In this document: positions 38,689-44,096 of the stretch, one piece after another
Numbering within the stretch: the first letter of the stretch is position 1
How the letters are laid out: every line of letters starts with the position of its first letter
Source: Thermodesulfobacteriota bacterium
GTDB taxonomy: Bacteria > Desulfobacterota > Desulfobulbia > Desulfobulbales > SURF-16
Length of the DNA: 44,096 bases
Direction: 5' to 3'
NCBI GenBank assembly: GCA_039715015.1
Contig: JBDLIE010000020.1
Span: 1-44,096 of the forward strand
Position numbers and translations under genes: made by a program
Notes under the pieces: model-generated
What the model was told of the DNA's origin: nothing
Database searches by the model: none
The model's input: the letters and a program-made list of their open reading frames with translations, nothing else

Positions 38689-39237
38689 TTTTTTAAGTTT
38701 CTTTTCCGCCTCAACTCCATCGATGTTCTTTATGCGTGGGTCACGCTTCCTCGCCCCCAATATCTGGCTTGATGACTCGCTGATAATTGAAGCGAGATAA
38801 AGACATTGAACTTGCACCTGCAGCAATTTGATAAGCTGGCTATGGATTGCCCCTTGCTTGGCAAAGAGCTGCTGGAAGTGAAGATTCTCCCTAGGGCACA
38901 CCACCCATTTTTCGGACTTTTTATTTGAAATTTCCGGAAATATGGAAAAAGCTGGAAATTTTCATCGTTGTGTTTGAACACAATGCAAGTGATCTCAAAG
39001 GGTTGGGTTTCTGCGTTGTTTGGGTATGAAATTTGCAAATTGCCTAAGTGGTTGGGGGGAGGCAATAAGAGAAATTATGTAACCAGCAGATGTTCTGATT
39101 AAAGGATGTATGTTTGTCTACAAAGTACTGTTTCCCGGAAATAACGATATGGACTGACGCCAGATAAATTTTATCCAGAACATGGAGATCGTGAGCCCTG
39201 TATATGCATTTCCATTTCGCAGGTGCTCCTAATCGAT

Positions 39238-40425
39238 ATGACCAAGAACAGTCATTCTTCTGCAAAGGATAAATTTTCCATTCTGATACCTGATGGAGAA
39301 AGTCCCTTTGCTTTATCAGTTATTATCTGTCTGTCGCAACTCCCTGGGTTGAGAATATATATTCTTGCAAGTGACCGTTGGGCTTTAGCCCGGTTTTCGA
39401 TACATTCAACTGTTTTCTTATACAGTAAAAAGCCCGGGAGTAATGAGCAGTGGATTGATGCTATACAGGACATGGTGCATGAACACGGCATCGATATTGT
39501 CTTGCCGGTGGATGAACCAGCAATCAGGGCGTTGACAATATATGGGGAGGCGTTGCTTTCATCCACTGCAATTGTTCCACTACCTAAACAAGAGAGTTTT
39601 GATATTGCTGCGGATAAATGGCTTACCGCAAAGTTCCTTGACGTCAATAACTTGCCAGGTCCTCCGACAGTATTATATGATACTGCTAACCAATTAGAAC
39701 AAAGCCTCTCTGGGTTGTCTTTCCCTGTTTTAACAAAACCTCGACAAGGTCGTGGTGGTAATGGAATTGAATTTTGGGAAGATATATCAACACTGCGTAA
39801 CTATCTACAAAAGTATAGCAGTTCAAAAAAAATCATCATCCAGTCTTTTATCAAGGGCTTTTCAATAGACTGTAGTGTTTTGAGCCAGGATGGCAAAATA
39901 TTGGCTCATACAATTCAGAAGGAATTGGTTCCACCTCAACACCGATTTGAACCTGCCAGAGATATTGTTTTTCTTGAAAATGGAGAAATTTTTAAGAGCG
40001 TAGAACACCTGATCTCGTTTTTAAAATGGTCTGGGGTAGTACATATTGACTTGTTGTATGACGAACAAGACAACAGCTTCAAGATATTGGAGTTGAATCC
40101 ACGCTATTGGGGGTCTCTGCTTGGGTCCTTGTGTGCAGAGGTTAACTTCCCTTATTTGGCATGCCTGGCTGGCTTCAACCGTGAGTTCCCAAGACCGGAA
40201 TTCCGGCTTCAACCCTTTTTCCGCGGCAGAGGGGCCATAGAGGCGTTTGTTCAACACATCCTCCAGAAGGCGGCTCTAAAAGGCTGTTTCGCAAATACAA
40301 ACATACAGTATGGGTTGCGTGACCCCCTCTTAGTACTGGTCAAAATAATTAATCTGATCCAAAAGAGGTTATTCAAGCATAATAGACTCGCCGCGTGCAG
40401 CCGAACGTACTTTGGGCGGGAATGA
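39238..40425 (+). CDS. ATP-grasp domain protein (carboxylate-amine ligase-like)
   Basis: IVLPVDE, ADKW, FPVLTKPRQGRGGNGI, IIQSFIKG, WSGVVHIDL, ILELNPRYWGS, VNFPYL. AT-richer than core genes. Confidence 0.88.
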   Translation: MTKNSHSSAKDKFSILIPDGESPFALSVIICLSQLPGLRIYILASDRWALARFSIHSTVFLYSKKPGSNEQWIDAIQDMVHEHGIDIVLPVDEPAIRALTIYGEALLSSTAIVPLPKQESFDIAADKWLTAKFLDVNNLPGPPTVLYDTANQLEQSLSGLSFPVLTKPRQGRGGNGIEFWEDISTLRNYLQKYSSSKKIIIQSFIKGFSIDCSVLSQDGKILAHTIQKELVPPQHRFEPARDIVFLENGEIFKSVEHLISFLKWSGVVHIDLLYDEQDNSFKILELNPRYWGSLLGSLCAEVNFPYLACLAGFNREFPRPEFRLQPFFRGRGAIEAFVQHILQKAALKGCFANTNIQYGLRDPLLVLVKIINLIQKRLFKHNRLAACSRTYFGRE

Positions 40426-40484
40426 AACGGGTCGGTAGATGAATTTATAAAGGCTTTCATGAAAAAAAATGAGCGGGTTATCAA

Positions 40485-41903
40485 ATGATAGATAAGAAAA
40501 CGCCAACTTCGGACAAGTCAATATTTTCTCTCGCAGAATCTATCCGCAACATCCTTATTTTAACAGGAATCGGTTTGATTTTTCCCTGCTTGGCATTTGC
40601 GGCCGAACCGTCTGCAAATGCCAGCTGGTTGAAAAAACATTTCTCCATAGAAAACAGGGCAACATTCAGATACAAAGCCATGGGGAGTGAAAAAGATGCC
40701 GATTTCGATGATTACTGGTACGCACGGGGAAGGAACCTCTTTAAGGGGAGATTTGACACCTATTTCTCCGGCCGTTTGCAGAAAGACTTGGACGGCAGCT
40801 CTAATTCACTTAGCCAAGACCTTTTTGCCGGAGTGGAGGATCGGGAGGGTGACTGGAATGACCAGGTCTACCAGTTATATGGAGATATTCACGATGCAAA
40901 AAAACGTTTCAGTCTTCGTTTAGGCCGCCAGTACATAGAAGATGCCGAAGGGCTCCATATTGACGGCGGTTTGGTAAATCTTTTTGCAGATGAGAGGTTC
41001 AGTCTCGGTCTCTTTTACGGACAGCCTGTCAGTTATTATTCCGGAACCATCGATGACTGGACCGGCGGCGCCTCAATTTCGGGGCGGCCATGGACCGGCA
41101 ATCGTGGCCGCCTGACCTATATTTACTACAGAAACCATTCAGGCAGCCTTGAGGATAATTATTTTGCCTTTGATGACTGGCAGCGCATAGGCACGGCATT
41201 TCGTACACATGGCCGCGTGACCATCCTTGATGGTGATTTTCACACCGGCTCAGTTGATCTCAGATACTACCGTCTAAAAAACAACTTCGATGCGTTTCTC
41301 ACCGTCAGTTATTGGGACGGTTTAGCTCAGGAAACACGTGAATTTTCACCCATATACAGTGTGTTTGGCGCACTGGAACCCTACACCTACGTCACAACAG
41401 GGTTTTCATGTATGCTTACCCCCTGGCTGAGTGTTTCCCCGACTATTGCCGGCCGATTTGTCGATGCTAACGATACAGACATGAGTAACCGCAATTACGG
41501 CCATTATTTCCTGACCTTTGTCCTGAGCCCATTTGAGGATTGGACCTTTTCGATATCGGGCAACTATTGGGATGTGGATGAGGGAGACAGATTCTGGGGC
41601 GCGACCGGTTCAGTAACATATCGCAGCCCCCATGATTGGCAAGTTGCGCTGGGTACATCTTATATGGATTGGCAATATTCTGTTATTTCCGATTTTACCT
41701 ATTCTTTAAGTTCCAGTGACCTGACGGTAAACAGTGACGGTACAGCTACCCAGATTTCCCCGGATGTGTATACCGTATTTGCCAGGATTAAGTATGACTT
41801 TAACAATAACTTTTCGTTACGGCTTAAAGGTGAAATCGAAGATAATTCCCTGGAAGATGACATTATCTATGGACTTCGGACAACGCTGGTTGTTCGCTTT
41901 TAA
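40485..41903 (+). CDS. Putative outer membrane beta-barrel porin associated with a multiheme cytochrome
   Basis: Signal peptide (CLAFA-A), many Tyr/Trp/Gly-rich amphipathic strands, RLGRQY motif, C-terminal GLRTTLVVRF. Confidence 0.8.
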   Translation: MIDKKTPTSDKSIFSLAESIRNILILTGIGLIFPCLAFAAEPSANASWLKKHFSIENRATFRYKAMGSEKDADFDDYWYARGRNLFKGRFDTYFSGRLQKDLDGSSNSLSQDLFAGVEDREGDWNDQVYQLYGDIHDAKKRFSLRLGRQYIEDAEGLHIDGGLVNLFADERFSLGLFYGQPVSYYSGTIDDWTGGASISGRPWTGNRGRLTYIYYRNHSGSLEDNYFAFDDWQRIGTAFRTHGRVTILDGDFHTGSVDLRYYRLKNNFDAFLTVSYWDGLAQETREFSPIYSVFGALEPYTYVTTGFSCMLTPWLSVSPTIAGRFVDANDTDMSNRNYGHYFLTFVLSPFEDWTFSISGNYWDVDEGDRFWGATGSVTYRSPHDWQVALGTSYMDWQYSVISDFTYSLSSSDLTVNSDGTATQISPDVYTVFARIKYDFNNNFSLRLKGEIEDNSLEDDIIYGLRTTLVVRF

Positions 41904-42017
41904 GGATAAATCAATTTGGATTTGAAAACTTTCCAAGACTATACTTAACAAGCAGGCAATAATAATTTCTTTGTTTCTAAACCGGTAAATTCATTATTAA
42001 TGAACGGTAGGATGAAA

Positions 42018-43145
42018 ATGAACATTAAACGACTTCTCCTTATTTTAAGCCTCTTTGCCCTCATGCTCTCCCAAGGTTGCAAGGAAACTGACCAGTCCAT
42101 TCTGCGCTTCAATCATTACCAGCATGTTACGGGTATGAAGCTTGATTGCGATTCTTGCCATGGTCAAGCAAAAGGACGTTTTACACTTCCTGACCATCAA
42201 AACTGTTCTGAATGTCATTCTAAATTAATGAAAGCTGAGCAGGTCAGCAAAGATACCTGCGGCGTTTGCCACAAGGAACAGGACCTTGGACAGATTGGAG
42301 AAATGGCTCCGGCCAAGCGGGTAAGCCGCCAGGTCTTCTTTCACTCAGAGGCCTTGGGTAACTATTGTAATGACTGTCATGACGGCACGTTGCGTGAAGA
42401 TGCGGACGGGCGCTTAATGACACGGGATGATGTGATACGGACACGAGAACAATCACATGAAACAGGCCGGCCATGCAGTCAGTGTCATCTGAATATCACC
42501 CGCGAGTCCCTGCCGGCAAATCACCAGGTCAATTGGAAAAAAAGACATGGAGTCTTCGCGGCGGATGAAGAATTTACCTGTTCAGTCTGTCATGAGGAGA
42601 ATACCTGTAAAGAATGCCATATGTCTGAAGAGCCTGATTCGCATAATACCCTTTGGGTGAACCAGACCCACGGCATAGAGGGTTCCTGGAACAGGGCAAG
42701 CTGCCGGGTATGCCATCAGGATGATTTTTGCGCAGGATGCCATCGGGATACCAAGCCGCGCTCTCATACTTCAATGTGGATTGGCCAGCATGGCGCATTT
42801 GCCCCTGCCAGTTTTGCTTCATGCCAGGTATGCCATCCCAAAGAACAATGCCAGGCCTGCCACAGGACGGAAGAACCAGCCAGCCATGTTGGTAATTGGG
42901 AGGAAATTCATTGCCTAAATTGCCACATATCAGCACCCATTCAAATAGAGTGCAAGGTCTGCCATGTAGGTGGAGCAGCCGAACAACACCTGGCAGTGGC
43001 TCCACTTCCACCAGCATGGCACGCCTTGCCTGCTCAGGCCAATTGCCTAGACTTGGGCTGCCATAACCCAGCTGGCCCCCAACCGCTTGACCCGACCAAA
43101 CACACTCTCGACCAGAGCGTATGCCTTGTCTGTCACCCGTTTTAA
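42018..43145 (+). CDS. Multiheme c-type cytochrome lipoprotein (14 CxxCH plus 1 CX4CH)
   Basis: Lipobox SQGC; motifs CDSCH, CSECH, CGVCH, CNDCH, CSQCH, CSVCH, CKECH, CRVCH, CAGCH, CQVCH, CQACH, CLNCH, CKVCH, CLDLGCH, CLVCH. Alternative starts at 42000 and 42012. Confidence 0.93.
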   Translation: MNIKRLLLILSLFALMLSQGCKETDQSILRFNHYQHVTGMKLDCDSCHGQAKGRFTLPDHQNCSECHSKLMKAEQVSKDTCGVCHKEQDLGQIGEMAPAKRVSRQVFFHSEALGNYCNDCHDGTLREDADGRLMTRDDVIRTREQSHETGRPCSQCHLNITRESLPANHQVNWKKRHGVFAADEEFTCSVCHEENTCKECHMSEEPDSHNTLWVNQTHGIEGSWNRASCRVCHQDDFCAGCHRDTKPRSHTSMWIGQHGAFAPASFASCQVCHPKEQCQACHRTEEPASHVGNWEEIHCLNCHISAPIQIECKVCHVGGAAEQHLAVAPLPPAWHALPAQANCLDLGCHNPAGPQPLDPTKHTLDQSVCLVCHPF

Positions 43146-43166
43146 GGTAATTCCCAATAAGGTAAT

Positions 43167-43205
43167 AAAAAAAACGGGTAGTGGAGTTGCCTCCACTACC
43201 CGTTT
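43167..43205. terminator. Rho-independent terminator between convergent genes
   Basis: AAACGGGTAGTGGAG-ttgc-CTCCACTACCCGTTT with an A8 run (U-tract on the minus strand). Confidence 0.85.
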
Positions 43206-43244
43206 AGAGTTTTAGGTTTACGGAATTAATTGAGGTGATAACTT

Positions 43245-44096
43245 TTAGTCATCTTTTTCCTCATCATCATCCTCTTCATCATGGTCAGTGTCATGATAGG
43301 CGCCCCCTTGTATAGGACGATTTTCCATTTTAACCTCTTTATCTGTAAAACAGCCTTCCGAGTTGATCACTTCAACAAACTCAGGGGCATCGGCATGGTC
43401 CAGGTCTTTAACCCTTACCTTCCATTTACCGCCCTTGACTTGGATGTTGTCGGCAAGGACAGCACCGCTTTGGTCGTTAGTTAAGGTAAGTAAAGTGTTG
43501 ACGTTTGATTTGCCTTTGACATCCAGGCTGTTTTTCTCAAAGTTATACTTTGTCTCTTTGATGATTAACAGACCGCCTTCAGGGCAAGTCAGGCATTCGG
43601 CATCACTGGCGCCATTACAGTTTTCATCGACAGCGTTGCCGCATACCTCGGCTACACCAGGATTAATACCGGCATCGCTATCATCACAGTCAGCTCCGCC
43701 ACAGGCAGCATCAAGGAAGCCGTCGCCGTCGGCATCAGGACATGTGGGGTCACAGCCTTCATCGATTGATCCGTCACAGTCGTTGTCAACACCGTCATCG
43801 CATATTTCAGCAGCGCCGGGGTTAGCCCCACCGTCGGCGTCGTTGCAGTCAACCGGACCACATTCACCGCCTTCTCGTGCGTAGCCGTCCATGTCATCAT
43901 CAGTACAGGTCAGAGGACAATTCACAGCAGTATCATCCAAGGTGTCAACGAGACCGTTGCAGTTATTATCAATGGCATCCGTGCAATCTTCCGCAGCACC
44001 TGGGTTTACGGCAGCATCGGTATCATCACAGTCAACCGGACCACATCCGCCGCCTTCTACAGCGTAGGTGTCGCCATCGTTGTCAGTACAGGTCGG
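43245..44096 (-). CDS. Partial (5' end outside window) surface protein with MopE-type putative metal-binding repeats
   Basis: Frame stays open to the window edge. Three repeats of type DxDGDxY...DCDDxDAxVNPGAxExCxDxIDNxCNG, then a beta-rich domain and an acidic tail. Confidence 0.85.
   Translation of the reverse strand, partial: PTCTDNDGDTYAVEGGGCGPVDCDDTDAAVNPGAAEDCTDAIDNNCNGLVDTLDDTAVNCPLTCTDDDMDGYAREGGECGPVDCNDADGGANPGAAEICDDGVDNDCDGSIDEGCDPTCPDADGDGFLDAACGGADCDDSDAGINPGVAEVCGNAVDENCNGASDAECLTCPEGGLLIIKETKYNFEKNSLDVKGKSNVNTLLTLTNDQSGAVLADNIQVKGGKWKVRVKDLDHADAPEFVEVINSEGCFTDKEVKMENRPIQGGAYHDTDHDEEDDDEEKDD

Noticed and set aside
38659..39265. Small ORFs between the KamA and ATP-grasp genes
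   Set aside because: No RBS or recognisable motifs; treated as non-coding.
40485..43145. Naming the pair mtrB/mtrA
   Set aside because: Heme count, lipoprotein signal, barrel length and gene order differ from MtrAB.

Overview
Chromosomal window from a bacterium that gene order and protein style suggest is Desulfobacterota, probably Desulfobulbales (inference). 1-2.5 kb: end of an integron cassette array with no integrase in view. It has two clear attC sites, a vapBC toxin-antitoxin cassette, a membrane-protein gene, a DUF2459 cassette, and a scar made of an IS481-family left end fused to the 3' end of a group II intron. 2.6-13.4 kb: accessory genes (FmdB zinc ribbon, HD-GYP protein with a degenerate GGDEF-like domain, MMPL/LolA-like/beta-barrel operon, tandem VanZ, SEC-C), a 263-bp MITE, and a divergent actin-family gene resembling haloarchaeal volactin that is broken by two opposite frameshifts. 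13.6-32.3 kb: hrpA, a diguanylate cyclase, the core cluster rpsB-tsf-pyrH-frr-uppS-cdsA-dxr-rseP-tsaB, two cation:proton antiporters and waaF. 32.3-38.6 kb: a candidate structured leader RNA, two large secreted proteins, an ECF sigma/anti-sigma pair and a KamA radical SAM gene. 39-44 kb: an ATP-grasp gene, a beta-barrel porin plus a 15-heme lipoprotein cytochrome (candidate extracellular electron transfer conduit), and the truncated 3' end of a Cys/Asp-rich MopE-type repeat protein. All family assignments come from motif recognition by eye; no searches were run.
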